A DNA stretch of 64,000 nt, from assembly GCA_013265495.1 (NCBI GenBank), contig MU058781.1, positions 414,963 to 478,962 on the forward strand. Reading direction: 5' to 3'. Under the pieces are notes generated by a model. The model did not search any database. It had not been told where the DNA came from and worked only from the letters and a program-made list of their open reading frames with translations. Positions 25,929 through 38,020 of the stretch are shown here, in pieces (position 1 is the stretch's first letter; each line of letters starts with the position of its first letter). Position numbers and translations under genes: made by a program. The stretch comes from Vicugna vicugna. Lineage: Eukaryota.

Positions 25929-26102
25929 TGGCTGCTGGACCCCACATTAGCCCCGTAAACCACGGCAGGGAGCATTTCTGCACGGGCGTGGTGAGGGGCA
26001 GCCACTTGGCAGCTGATGTTGAATTCAGAGATTACGTCACTGCTCTGCAGCTGTGAGGCAACAGCCCGTGCAACAGATTGCCAGAACTCAGCTATTACTG
26101 AC
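25865..26102 (-). other. Candidate antisense exon/ORF
   Basis: Acceptor aatctgcctgctcatacAG, then phase-2 frame SVIAEFWQSVARAVASQLQSS...TPDTLA*. Confidence 0.18.
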
Positions 26103-26129
26103 CTGTATGAGCAGGCAGATTTGGGGGGG

Positions 26130-26155
26130 TTGTTTGTTTGTTTGTTTGTTTGTTT
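26130..26155. repeat. (GTTT)n microsatellite
   Basis: Direct reading. Confidence 0.9.
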
Positions 26156-27169
26156 AGCAAGTTGCCATTCTGTTTTCCTGCAGAAAGTGTGTATCAAACA
26201 AGGAAACTAGTTTTGCCAGTTTGGCATTCTGGAAGCTGACTAACCCTTCCAGGCCTTTAGGGTGTCACTTGGTGAATGGGAGCAACTTGGTGCTTGTGTG
26301 GCTGTATAAGTTATTTTGTTTAGGATGCTAAATCCTACCCTTTGCAAAGAAGAATTAATGCATTTTCTCCTGTGCCTAGCTTATTTTCAGGGGATACCTT
26401 ACATAATGAAAGAATATAGGCCCGTGTGGGTTAATGTTCACAGCAAATTCAGTTCATGATTGATGTATTACTGTTTTCTTAGACAAAATGATGGTTAGGG
26501 AATTGAACAACAGAAATGAAACCAGACCCACATATGATCCTTTAATCATATTTTGCATACGTAACTAACTAGCATATTGAACCTAGGGACCTGATTAGAT
26601 TTAGTCATTGTCAGTGTCAAAATTTTCAGTTTCAAATGGGGTAAATGCTGCTTACAGTAATAGTCTAATAGAAGCTCAATGGACTTCTTACGCCACCATA
26701 TGATCAGAATCTGATTAGTTACTCAAAAAAAGTGATGAGACAGGAAATCATGGACAATGAAAACGTACATCTATTAACCCTCACAGTTAAATCTAAAACA
26801 TATAAATACACACTGTGCTTTCACTAATCTTTCAAAATGATCTTTCTCTGAGTATCAATTAACTGAAATTTCTCACATTTTCCTATGGCCCTTTGACCAA
26901 AAAACCACACTCATGTTGTGCCTTTCATAATTCCGGTGGTTTTGGTCTTAATCAGAGCAATGGAGAGCACGAAGACACTTGTATAGCATTTGCATAGCAA
27001 CTTGAATGCAAAATGTTTCTTGGCTATTTTATGGCGTCTTTAATTTTTTAATAATGCTTTGCCCAAACCCACTGTGACACATTTTTAGCAACTTTCAATG
27101 ACACGTTTTTAAAACATTCAATTTACTTTTTATAAAACTAAAACTAAAGCCTCTTTTGACACTCATGTT

Positions 27170-27850
27170 TTGTTGTTTAAGTAGCCTGCAATTCAGTAAC
27201 TACAACACCAAGGACACCTGACAACTGGCTTAACAGGAAACAAAACTGACACTTAATAAGTGAATGACCACACCTGAGGGAGCAAAGTACATCTACTCTA
27301 TAGAGTGGTCCAACTGGAAATACTCAGCTCTGTGTATTGCAGAAGGTATGGATCGTTTCAATGAATCAGCCAGTGGGAGCTTATTAAGAGCTTCTGTAGA
27401 TTTAATCTACTAGCTGGAAACAAGATTTCAAGTGCTAATTCCATGTGATCTTGCTGCTCAGATAAATTATTTAAATAGAAGATAAGTCAAGAAATACTTT
27501 GATGCTGATCTACCACAACTTGTCTGTGGCTTTGCTCTTCATGGTCACAAGATGGCTGTTGTACCTCCAAACATTGCATCTCTCTTCCAGGTAGTAAGAA
27601 AAAGTAAGTGACAAAGTTAAAACTTACCTGAGAAAAATAAAGTTTTCAGAGAAATCACTAGCAGTGTTCTGATTATTTCTCATGGACAAGAAATTGTGTC
27701 ACATAGGTACTCCTAGTTGCAACAGAGGCTAGAAGTTAGTTATTTGGCTGAGCACGTGGATGGCCAGCAAAAAGAAAAAAAAAAAATCAGGACCTGTTGG
27801 TAAGAACAAAGTGGAGCTTAAATGTGGTACACAAGTCTAGTGGTGGCATG
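27170..27850 (-). mobile_element. MaLR LTR, MLT1J/K-like
   Basis: cttcatggtcacaagatggctgttgtacctccaaacattgcatc...tgtgtcacataggtactcctagttgcaacagaggctag. Confidence 0.6.
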
Positions 27851-27869
27851 ATATCAACACAAATAGCTC

Positions 27870-28100
27870 AAAGGACACTGCCTCAGGGAAGCCTTCCCAG
27901 ACTTCCTATCCCAGATTCTCTTAGCCCCAGATACGTTTTCTTCAAGTAAGTTTTCTTTTATGCTTGTGTTAATTTGATTACTATTTTCTCTTCCATATGA
28001 CAATCCTGGCAGGGGTCTGCTTCTAATTTTGCTCATGAATATACCTAGTGCCTAACGTACTGCCTGGCAGACAGTAAGCACTGGATGTGTTTATTAAAAG
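27870..28100 (+). mobile_element. L2 3' end
   Basis: tcagggaagccttcccagac...cctagtgcctaacgtactgcctggcagacagtaagcact. Confidence 0.65.
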
Positions 28101-28454
28101 AACAGGTGACTAAGTGATTTTTTACTTTAAAAAACACCCAAGGAAGAAAGTCATTTAGAGGGGCTTTGTAGTCTATTTCAGGATTTAAACACCTTCAAAA
28201 TTAGGTCTCTTTTTTTCCTTCCAAATGATTTTTTTTTCCTCCCTGAAACCCATTTTCACTCTTCATTTTCATGAAAGGAGAGAATAATTGGTCAGGACCC
28301 TCATCATAGCAATTTCACTAACTTTTAGAATGAGTCTAGCGTAGGTATAAGATGTTTGTGTTTTCCAGGAAAATATTCATTTTTTTCCTTCAGAAATTCT
28401 GTTTTCACAGTGGCTGCTTTGTTCAGTCGTGGATATAAACAGCAATGTGAGAAG

Positions 28455-28590
28455 GGACCCCAGGACTCATTTGGTTCCACCCCCTCACTTTGGAGGTAAA
28501 GAAACTGAGATTCAAAGCGTCTAACTGAATTTCTCAAACGACACATAATAAGTTACTGGCAGAGGCAAGACGTAGGCTTGGTTTTCCAAT
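28455..28590 (-). mobile_element. MIR
   Basis: ccctcactttggaggtaaagaaactgagattcaaag...ggcagaggcaagac. Confidence 0.6.
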
Positions 28591-28933
28591 TAATTTCCTG
28601 TTTTGTGCTCTATTATTTTATACTACATGGCATCAGAGACCCAAACAAGACACAATAATGAACTAAGTTCTCTTCACCACATGTGTCCAAAACAATTATC
28701 TACCGTCCTTGGTTAGTCCATCGATACTGGAATTGGCAAAAGCTGAACTTACTTTCATGTTTATAAGTGGGAAGTAAATACTTGAAGATGTATTAATTAG
28801 GTTTTTTTTTAATATTTAAAATCTTTTAAAAAGAATCCTGCTTTATTTATCATCTCTAAATTATATTATATCCTTGCCAGTTTGTCAGTAAGAGTTGATG
28901 CTTTTGAATTTCATAAATATGGGCATAAAACAC

Positions 28934-29250
28934 TGAATTAGTTTGAAAAGGCCGCCCTCACAAAGCGCCCCCGAGTGGCCAGACACGGTGTTGACGAGAC
29001 TGCTTTCGTCCGAGGCCTCCCTCTGTGGTTCGCAGGTGGCTGTCATCAGACGGTCTTCTCTCTGTGTGTGACCCAGTCTCCTCTTCTCAGAAGTACACCA
29101 GGCAGATTAGATTGGGATCCACCTTCATGAGCTTATTTTAAGTTAATACCCTCTTTAAAGGCCCTGTCTCCAAATGCAGTCGCTCCCTGATGTGCTGCGG
29201 GCTGAGACCTCAGCAGAACGATTCTGGGGGACGTAACTCGGTCCACAACA
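28934..29250 (-). mobile_element. MaLR LTR, MLT1A/B/C-like, unusually CpG-rich
   Basis: tgaattagtttg...cagattagattgggatccacc...ctctttaaaggccctgtctccaaatgcagtc...ggtccacaaca. Confidence 0.8.
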
Positions 29251-29569
29251 AGAACCCTTCACACAATCCCCACAAGAAGTCTGCGGAAGGAACCAAAGCT
29301 CTCAGATAACATGTTTGTATTTTTTACTGAAGAAATATTATTAGGGCCTTAATTAATCAATATGCTTGTAACAGTATCATTATCATAACTACACTCTCAG
29401 GCTAATACTGTTCATGAAAAACCAGAAAAATTCCATTGTAGATTGAGATCCAATGGCTGATTTGCTGTGACTTTCCGTGTTTCCTAAAGGTTCAAGCTCC
29501 CCCACTGTGCAGTTCAGGTCCCCGTGAGAACCAGAACTGGTACTGCGATGTTCCTCGACCCAAACAGCA

Positions 29570-29700
29570 CCCCTTCTAGCTTCAGCGCCTTAGGGAAGTT
29601 CTAAATCTCTCTGAGCTTCCTCACCTAGAAAATAGAGAAAGTACCTACCGCGAGAATGGCTAGGTGGCTTAAATGAAAATAAAGTACATAATATACGGGT
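29570..29700 (+). mobile_element. MIR
   Basis: ccttagggaagttctaaatctctctgagcttcctcacctagaaaatagag...gtacctacc...ttaaatga. Confidence 0.6.
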
Positions 29701-30339
29701 ATTATTATATTTTAAGCATCATTTTCACATCTCATTTTGCCAATTTATTAATGCATCCCACTTTTATTAGCAAATTTCATGTCCCCTGAAAGTTTTAAAA
29801 TTTACATACTTAATTTATATAACTGTGAATTTAATTTTAATACACTACATATGTATTACAGGGAATAATAATTCAGAAGGTAACCAGTCCAATCAGATAC
29901 AATAGATTAATTTTACTCTCAGTTAAAAGAACAAAATTTAATTTTAATAGTTTCTCGTGAGACTGGACAGGGGAGTGGACGTTCGCTCCTGGTCCCATTT
30001 CTAGAAAGGTTTGTCTGTTGAGCGTGGCTTTATCCCAGCTCCCTTGGAAATGGCTAAGGGACTGAAAAATCGTCAATGTGTTGCTTAATTACCTGCACCT
30101 GTCTACATAAGAACATCTTATGTGGTGATTCTGGATCTGGTGCAAACCATCATGCATGCAGCTTTATTGTGCTTCCATTTCCCTTCATATCTCAATCCAG
30201 TCCCAGGGCTACCTTTTGGCTTATGAGCACCCCTATTCAACACAAAATAAATTGGTTCCACTCAAGAAGATTAGAAATGGTGGGAAATATAATTCTCTCT
30301 TATTCTTGGCAACAGTGCTGTGTGTGTGTTCTTCTCAAG

Positions 30340-30902
30340 CAGCAGAAAATACACGGGAGAAGGAAGAAGACAGATTTTTTTTCTTTGACAAAGTTGAAGC
30401 TCCATCAGCCAACCGGCCTGACACTGACTTCGAAAACCACACTGACTCTTCTCTCTCTGATTCTGCTCTCACGGAGCCTGAGAGCCAAGGTTGGAGGCGT
30501 AACCAGGGGAAGGCTCGGGGCGCCGCTCTCGGCAATTACTCTACGCTTTCCATTGCAGGAAGGAACAAGCAGACTCAGAGTCTCACGGGCTGTGCGACAG
30601 AGGCGGGCAGAGGATGGTTCCAAGTAAAGTCGAAGCCTCTGCTTCCTCGCTGCCTCGTGCTGCTCCATCTGCCTCTTCAGAGAGCCCCCAGCTCCCACTG
30701 TGTGCAGCTGAGTTTCAAGTACTCCTGGCGGCATAATGACGGAGACAAAGATATTTCCTCCAGTTGTCAATGGCACTCCTCTCCTGAAACTGTCCCAGAA
30801 ACCTCATCCAAGCCTCCCTCTGCTCCATCCTCGGTCTTTGAAAACAAAAACGAGGGCTTTGTCGCACCTCTCATTAACAATCATCTTAGCTGCCGTGTGT
30901 AG
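30340..30902 (+). other. Long acceptor-led open frame (~187 codons); candidate terminal coding exon or de novo ORF
   Basis: Part of the longest ORF in the window (30156-30902, 248 aa). tgtgtgtgttcttctc is followed by in-frame tandem acceptors AAG/CAG/CAG (30337-30345). No family recognised. Confidence 0.28.
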
Positions 30903-31653
30903 GCCGTGTGTATCCAAATATAAAATAATGGGGTTTTTTTTATTTTAAAATGTAAGGTTTTTGGAAGATCTCGTCTATTGGAGAGTGTCACTATTCGTGT
31001 AGCCAGGAGAGGAGATCACTATCAGAGGAAGAGCCAGACTGCTGTGTCTGGATACTTAAAAAGACATTTGGAGGGGGGGAGCATCTGCAAATGTTGATGA
31101 AAATGGGTTTGGAACTTCTCCTTTGATCAGGAAATAGGTGGACCATAAAACGTCTGATGCATGATGCTGCCTGCAGCAAACCCGCATTCTGAGACCCAGT
31201 CATCTTATTACTTTAGAACGCACCAATAGGAAAAGGAAGAAGGCTTGAAAGACCCCACACTTTCCAGTTGCAATTGATGTGCGATTTCGAGGTAACCAAA
31301 AGTTGTTGGATGTTCTCTTCTGCAGAGTGACTGGCCATTTATATTTCATTATCTCGAGCCAGAGATTTTTTTTTACCAATGTTCAAAAACACATAATGAT
31401 ATTAAGAGATACAGGTTTGCTTATGACCTGTTTTGTTTTCTATAATTGTTTGTGAATCTCCAAACAGCAGGGGCCATGTGTTATACTTCTTTGACATCAG
31501 ATATTTTCTTGCTCATAAGAAGACATCCAACATGTTTCTTATTCACTGAAGAAGGTGGTGTGAACGCATCACCAATAACAGGAGCTTTGAGCTGGAAGGG
31601 AGACTTTATCATTTACTTTTTGTTTTGCTTCATTTTTGCATTACCTACTTTAA

Positions 31654-32422
31654 GAAAAGGGAGCCCTTGTATACTGCCCGTGGGGATGTAAATTGGTACA
31701 ACCACTACAGAAACCAGTATAGAGATTCCTCAGATAATTAAAAATGCCACATGATCCAGCAATCTTGCTGCTGGATATACACCCAAAGGAAATGAAATCA
31801 GTATTTCATTGGTTTTCACCAATTTCACCCACATTGGTTCAAACATTACTTACAATGGCCACGGTATGAAAACGACCTAAGTGTACACTGAAGAATGACT
31901 AAATGAAGAAAATGTGATATGTGTATAAAATGTTGCCCAACCATAAAAAAAAGAAAGAAATACTACCATTTGCGACAGCATGGATGAAACATGGATGTAA
32001 ATTATGCTAAGTGAAAAAAAATCCAGACACAAAAAACAAATATTGTACGATCTCACTTACAGACGGAATCTAATAAAGTTGAACTCACAGAAGTAAAGAG
32101 TAGAATGCTGGTTTCCAGGAACTAGCAGGTGAGGAACAGGGGGAGATTTTGGTCCAAGGGTACAAACTTTCAGTTATACGATGAATAAATTCTGGCGTTC
32201 TAATGTACACCACGATGACCATAGCTAATACTGAAACATATTCTTGAAGTCGCTAAGAGAGTAGATCTGAAGGGTTGCCTGCCCCCTCCCCCCAGATAAT
32301 AACTGTCTGAGGTGACAGACGTGTTAATGAACTTGACTATGGTAATTATTTACAACGTACACATACATATATTACCTCGTCACATCGTACACCTTTAAAA
32401 CATTGCCAACCAATAACTAAAT
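31654..32422 (+). mobile_element. L1MA-like 3' portion (ORF2 end and 3' UTR)
   Basis: gaaaagggagcccttgtatactg...ccacatgatccagcaatc...gggtacaaactttcagttata...gctaagagagtagatct. Confidence 0.88.
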
Positions 32423-32691
32423 AAGTGCATGCCCCTCGCGGAGACGACTGCAAACTGGAAACAAGCGACCTGTCTTCTAGGGCTGATGGTCATTTCGAGA
32501 AAGGGTAGGGGGTGGGTACTCCCCAAGGAAACCCAGTGAGCCCTGCCATGCAGCCACTGAGACCTCCAAAAGGGTAGGGGCTAGACAGAGTCTTTCAGAC
32601 CCAACTGAGCTCTCTTTTGCCCTAGGTTTTCCATCTTTCAGTAGCCAGGCACACCGCTTTGCTTTGGAGTGTATTGTTCCAACATGCTTAC

Positions 32692-32800
32692 CTGTCTGAT
32701 GTCATCTAACCGCCTTGACTCAGTGTTTTCTCACAGGGAAATTCTGAACATTTGCATTTAATGATCCTGAGGTCTTATTCACATGCCAGTCATAACACTG
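32692..32800 (-). other. Candidate 109-nt non-coding exon
   Basis: Acceptor tttccacttccttcattttacttAG (tandem TAG/CAG) and donor CAG|GTAAGC; stop codons in all three frames. Confidence 0.33.
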
Positions 32801-34169
32801 CTAAGTAAAATGAAGGAAGTGGAAACAGTGGACTGTGATTCTCTTATTGCTACATTCAGACTAGGAATACATTGCATCATCTTATTTGTGTTAACTGTGA
32901 ATTCCCTTTTCGGTCTTGTTTTGCAGGAAAGGGTTGCTTTAAAATGTTTATGATGGGTGGCCATCTGCTATTTTTCAAATGTTAATCTTTATTTAATTTC
33001 TATTGCTTATAGAAATATAATAATACAGAAACTGCTTTGTTACATGCCATGGTCTCTTATAAAGAGGTAGAGAAAATAAATGCATTACTGAGCTCAGGAA
33101 TGTTAGCAGAGACTCATCCAACATTTCATTATCTTTAAAAAATAGAGCTACACATCACCGTATGGAGATACAGATAAGTTTGACTGTTTAAAAGCATAAT
33201 TCTGAAGAAATATTACATTACAAATGCAAACAGATTGAAAAAGCCGAGGTTGCTCACTATGTATTGATAATATTAGATTATATCTCTGAATTCAGAGTAA
33301 TAAGATTCAAGTTTCCAGGAAGGGAATGAAAAATTATACACCATTTTATTTGTTTATTATTCAAACAAGTTTGTGATTTATGTTACTTTCAGGGATGTGG
33401 GAGTAAGAAAAAACTTTCTAAGGAGAAGAAACTCAGGATGTAGGACTCTCAACATGTAAACATCTGAAAGGAAATGCTTGCATGTTAACTGGAATTATAC
33501 AAGAGCTGGTCACACCTATAAAGAAAAGGTATGCCATTACTGTGTCTCGTGTATGGGACCAATTTGTTTTAATACAGCACTTTCTATAACAATATAGTTT
33601 CTTCATGATCAAAATTATGTACTGAATCTTCTAATTATGATTTACACTACACCCAGGCATAGCTCAGGTAAGTTTGCTTGAGAGAAAAAGCTTGGCCCCC
33701 ATATAAGAGGTTATTGGTCCTTTTTACTTACAGTACACTTCCATTTATGTCTAAAACATTTATACCTGTACATAATAAAAAAAATCCAATAACCTTTGCC
33801 CTCCTTTTATTCTGCCTCAAACTACCCTTGCCAAAATTTTTCTCAAATAAAATTTTTTAGGAATAAAGACAGGTTCCTTGAAAGAATAGAGAGGGAGTAA
33901 AAAAAAAAAAAGAGAGAGAGAAAATAAGAGAACATTGTGTTTTACAGAAAACAGGAGAGGAGCACGTGGGGGAAAATATTCCCAGGTAGCCATCAGGCCC
34001 AGATCAGGGCAATACGCTCCAATAGGGAGCACTTCAAAAGCAGGGTAAGTTAAGAAGAAGATATTGGCAAAGCATGACATAAAATACGATCTCGCTATAC
34101 AAAATGGTTGTATATAATAAACAATGGCATCGAAATAACCAAAAGTTGTTCCAACAAGATCTAATGAGA

Positions 34170-35070
34170 AAACAAAGAGAGGCAAGATATTGGCTACGAT
34201 GGAGTAGCTTGTATCAGACCAAATATCCCACAGAAAACAGCTCTAAAAGCTGAGAATTTTAAGGCAACAGAAAACAAAGACGGCAGACAAGGCTTGAGAG
34301 GTCAGCACTTAGGAGGAAGGACAATGTGATTAAGTGACCCCCAATTCTCTGCCAAGTGTTCTCCTCAAGGCTGTTTGCTGACTCCTAATTCTGAGCATCT
34401 CAAATTCCGTGAATAAAGCAGCCACTGAGAGGCTAAGAAATTCAGTTCAGGGTTTACCAAGGAAAACCTTGGTCACCACCTTACATTTTCAGCTGGGAAT
34501 CCTGAAGGGCTACACTAAGAGAGTAAAAGCAAACCTTAAAGAGACCAGCCCTCAAAAATACCTAGAGCGTGACTCAGCTCATCTCAGTCCCTCGCTGGAT
34601 CACGATGACCTGCTCCCACACTTAACTGTTCTCTACAAGAAAAGTTCACTCCATCTGAAGAAGGTACACATTATTTGGAGGTTCTCAATTTTCTCCTACA
34701 TAATGCCATTACCTGGCGATTTCAAAGGAGCAAAACTTAAGGCTGAAAACTGACTTTCAACCAACAAAGTGGAAGTTAGAATACAAGGAAATTAACGTCT
34801 TTAAAATAACAGGGAAAAGTGTACCAGCATAGAGTTCTAGCATATTGAAAATATTCTCCAAAAATGAAAATGAAATATAAATGCTTAAAGAAATAAGAAC
34901 TGTGGTGTTAGTCACCAGAAAACCCACACTTACAGAAAAAATAAAGGGAGTTCTACAGATGGAGGGAGAATGATCGCAGATTGACACAGGCAAATGGTGG
35001 AAGGAACAAAATGCAACAGAGAACAAATAGCTGACAAATCTAAAGGATTATTGACCGTGAAACAATGTGC
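34170..35070 (+). mobile_element. Old L1 5' region and ORF1 remnant
   Basis: gatggagtagcttgtatcagacc...; aaaatattctccaaaaatgaaaatgaaatataa...cacttacagaaaaaataaagggagttctacagatggaggg resembles the ORF1 end. Confidence 0.6.
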
Positions 35071-35249
35071 ATCAGTAAGTTTGGCTTAGGATGTTTTTTC
35101 CCTTGTTACGTTTTTGCCAGGACTTGTTATCCAGGTAACACTAGCCTCGCGAATTAAAAATGCGTATCGTGTAGAGATTTAATTGAGATAATGTATTTCA
35201 AGGAAATTAGCAGTCTTACAAAAAGCAAATGCTCAAATAAAGTGAGGGT

Positions 35250-35480
35250 GTAGTGGAAAGGATTTGAAACCCCGTGCATTTGAGTCGTAACTGTCCAATT
35301 TACTGCCTACGTAACTTCCGAACACTTGCTGAATCCCTTTGAGTCTCAGTTTCTTCCTATATTAAATGAGTACAGTGCCCCCATTAAATGCTCCCACGAA
35401 GGTTAAGTGTTTACATTACACATTTCTGTAAAATGATTATTAGCTCAATGACTGGCCGCTAATTTATTTAGTACTCAGCA
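35250..35480 (+). mobile_element. MIR
   Basis: gtagtggaaagg...cttgctgaatccctttgagtctcagtttcttcctatattaaatgag. Confidence 0.6.
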
Positions 35481-35489
35481 CATGTGAGT

Positions 35490-35624
35490 TTGTTCTTTTC
35501 TATTTCTCCTTCTTTTATTCCTTTGTTCTCTCCTTTTCTCCCCCTGAACGTCTTAGGTCGGGTTTTCTGGAGGCAGACGCTGAGTAGACGTTCGGAATGC
35601 TGTGTCTTTGTTAGAGAGCATCGC
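35490..35624 (-). other. Candidate short terminal exon
   Basis: Very strong acceptor ctttctcccccaccttttcccagtccttcttcccacccccgcttccttttacAG; AATAAA on the minus strand at 35519-35514 and 35468-35463. Confidence 0.28.
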
Positions 35625-37819
35625 CTGTAAAAGGAAGCGGGGGTGGGAAGAAGGACTGGGAAAAGGTGGGGGAGAAAGCCGAGGCCAGCCCCTTGGAGGT
35701 CTCTGGAATATGTGTGCGGCAGCTCTGGTTTGATCCATATTGGACGTGAGGGGCTGGGCCTTTATAATTCTCCCTGGGTCTGTGATTGAACACGGGATGT
35801 CCTAGGAAGTGTGCGACCTTGGGTAAGTTTTCTCTCTGTAGTGGAGGCAAATCCTGAAAGACCAGACAGCTGGGGCAATGAATCTCCCTTAACAGGACTC
35901 AGAGAGCACGTCTCCACGGCCACCATATCATCACTCTTTCATCCCTTCCTCTCTCCTCCCTCTTTTCCTCCTTCCTTTGTCCATTTCCTCCCTTCGTCCA
36001 TTTCCTCCCTTTCTCTCCCCCTTGGAATAACCAAAGGAAGCAGCAATTTGAACATGCTCCTTACCATCCAGTATGAGGGCTACGAGGGAAAATTTTATCA
36101 TAGTGGACATCCCCATTTGAACTGGGTTCAAAATTTGCTCATCTGTAAACATATAGAATTGAAAAAAAGTAGGATCATTCATTCCAAAGAGTAAAGTTAC
36201 CTTGACCTTAGAATGCAACCTCACCTTTCCTAGGATGTGTGGCTCTAGTCTGAATCATTAGCTGTTGATATTAAAAGTAGAAACCAAGATACAGCCACTT
36301 ACATATATTTATTTAATAAAATATTAATATTGATATTAATATTAATGCATTCATTCAGCTGTGCATGAAATTAGTGTTAGGCTAGAATTTTCAACATGTG
36401 TTTAATCTTTATAACAGCCATTAGACAAAATTTAAATTATTTAAAATATATATAATTACGCTGTTCTATTTTACATAACTCTTAACTAAAATGGAAATAT
36501 TGTTGACTGTTATAATGCTTTGAAAACACTGAAGTATAATAAGTGCTAGAAATACGGAAAATTAACATTTTTACTAGTCCTTTACGGTCTTTTGAACCAT
36601 AAATATTCTAACACACACTACTTTTTATAGAGAACACTCTGTGTGTCTAGACTGTTTTCTGATGGGTAATGATTGTGGCTTTCTCACGGGTGAAGTGGGA
36701 TGACTTAGTCCTTCTTCTCCTTTCCCTCTTCACATGGTTCAGCCTTGACATGAACTTCTCTAGGCTGAGGCTTTATGAGAGTAGGAAGAAATGAGAAGGG
36801 CAGGGAGTGGATTTAAAAAAGAGGAAAAAGAGAGTGAGAAGAAAGTAGTACAGCATTTGGCGCCCACGCCAAACAGGGCCCCTGAACTTATCCTTTACAA
36901 AAACGAGAAAGAAATCATATTCCCTTCTATTTTCTTCCTCCCAAATCCTAAGTCTTTATAGACTTTAACTGAAATCTTAGGGGAAACCCTTGGGTGGAAA
37001 TTCATTGGTTTAGGCTAGTTGGAAAACTGACTATGTCGGACAGATAAGCAGCCTATTAACAGAGTAGATTTTTGTACTTAAATTATTTGCATCCAGACTG
37101 ACAAGCTTGTGCTGGATGAGTGTGCATGCACCTGTTTGCTATAATGCTCCCGTTTGGGAGCTAAGATTAAGCATGTGTAGAGAATCGTGTATAATGGCAT
37201 CAAACATACCCCGACTACAGTGTCAACCTGAGTCATTTACTCTAAAATAATAGAGGGTCACTGTTTCTGTTCATTTCTACAACTTACTGAGAATTATGTG
37301 TTTTTCTTAAATGCTTTGGTATTTCTATACAAGGAAACAAGGACTTCTTTTTGATTCATCATTCTCTTTGATGTGGAGAAATTTCATTAAGCAGCATTTG
37401 GACTGTATATAACCATAGCCTTAAAAAGGTAATTGGTAGCTTCTAATTTAGTACCATAGTAATAATATAGAATATCTTTATAGAATGTGTATCATTAAAT
37501 AAATATGCAAAAATGTGTTTTACTCTTGGAAACCATTCAGCAATACAGATTTCTGTAATGTAGAGAATTTGTAATTTATCTATGACCTTGAGATTTTCAA
37601 TCACAGTAGACCTCATAGCACCTGCCATGGAGTCAGCAAAAGCAAATTTAAAGAATAAACAATATACTTTGTGTTGGTATGTTACGCATCATCATAAAAG
37701 AGGAAAGGTCACTTTCTGTAGTCAGGGATAGCTACGTAGCTGCTTTTCTTTATCTTCAGAGAAGAAAATAATAAAATCATCAACTATTTCACGTTTCCTG
37801 GGAGCATCTGGAAAGCTTT

Positions 37820-38020
37820 ATTTAGATAAATATTTACTGAGAGTTACTATAATCCAGACGCTATTCTCAGAGATGGTAATCACTGATGAACAGACAAAGC
37901 CCCTATTCTCATGGAGATTATGCTCGAAGGGCGAGACAAAGAAATAAAGAAGCAAACAAAAAAACAGGCAAATAGTCAGATTTGTATACAATATAACTTA
38001 GGCAATGATAAATGTTGCAG
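37820..38020 (-). mobile_element. L2 3' end
   Basis: taaatatttactgagagttactataatccagacgctattctc...gaacagacaaagcccctattctcatggagatta. Confidence 0.65.
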
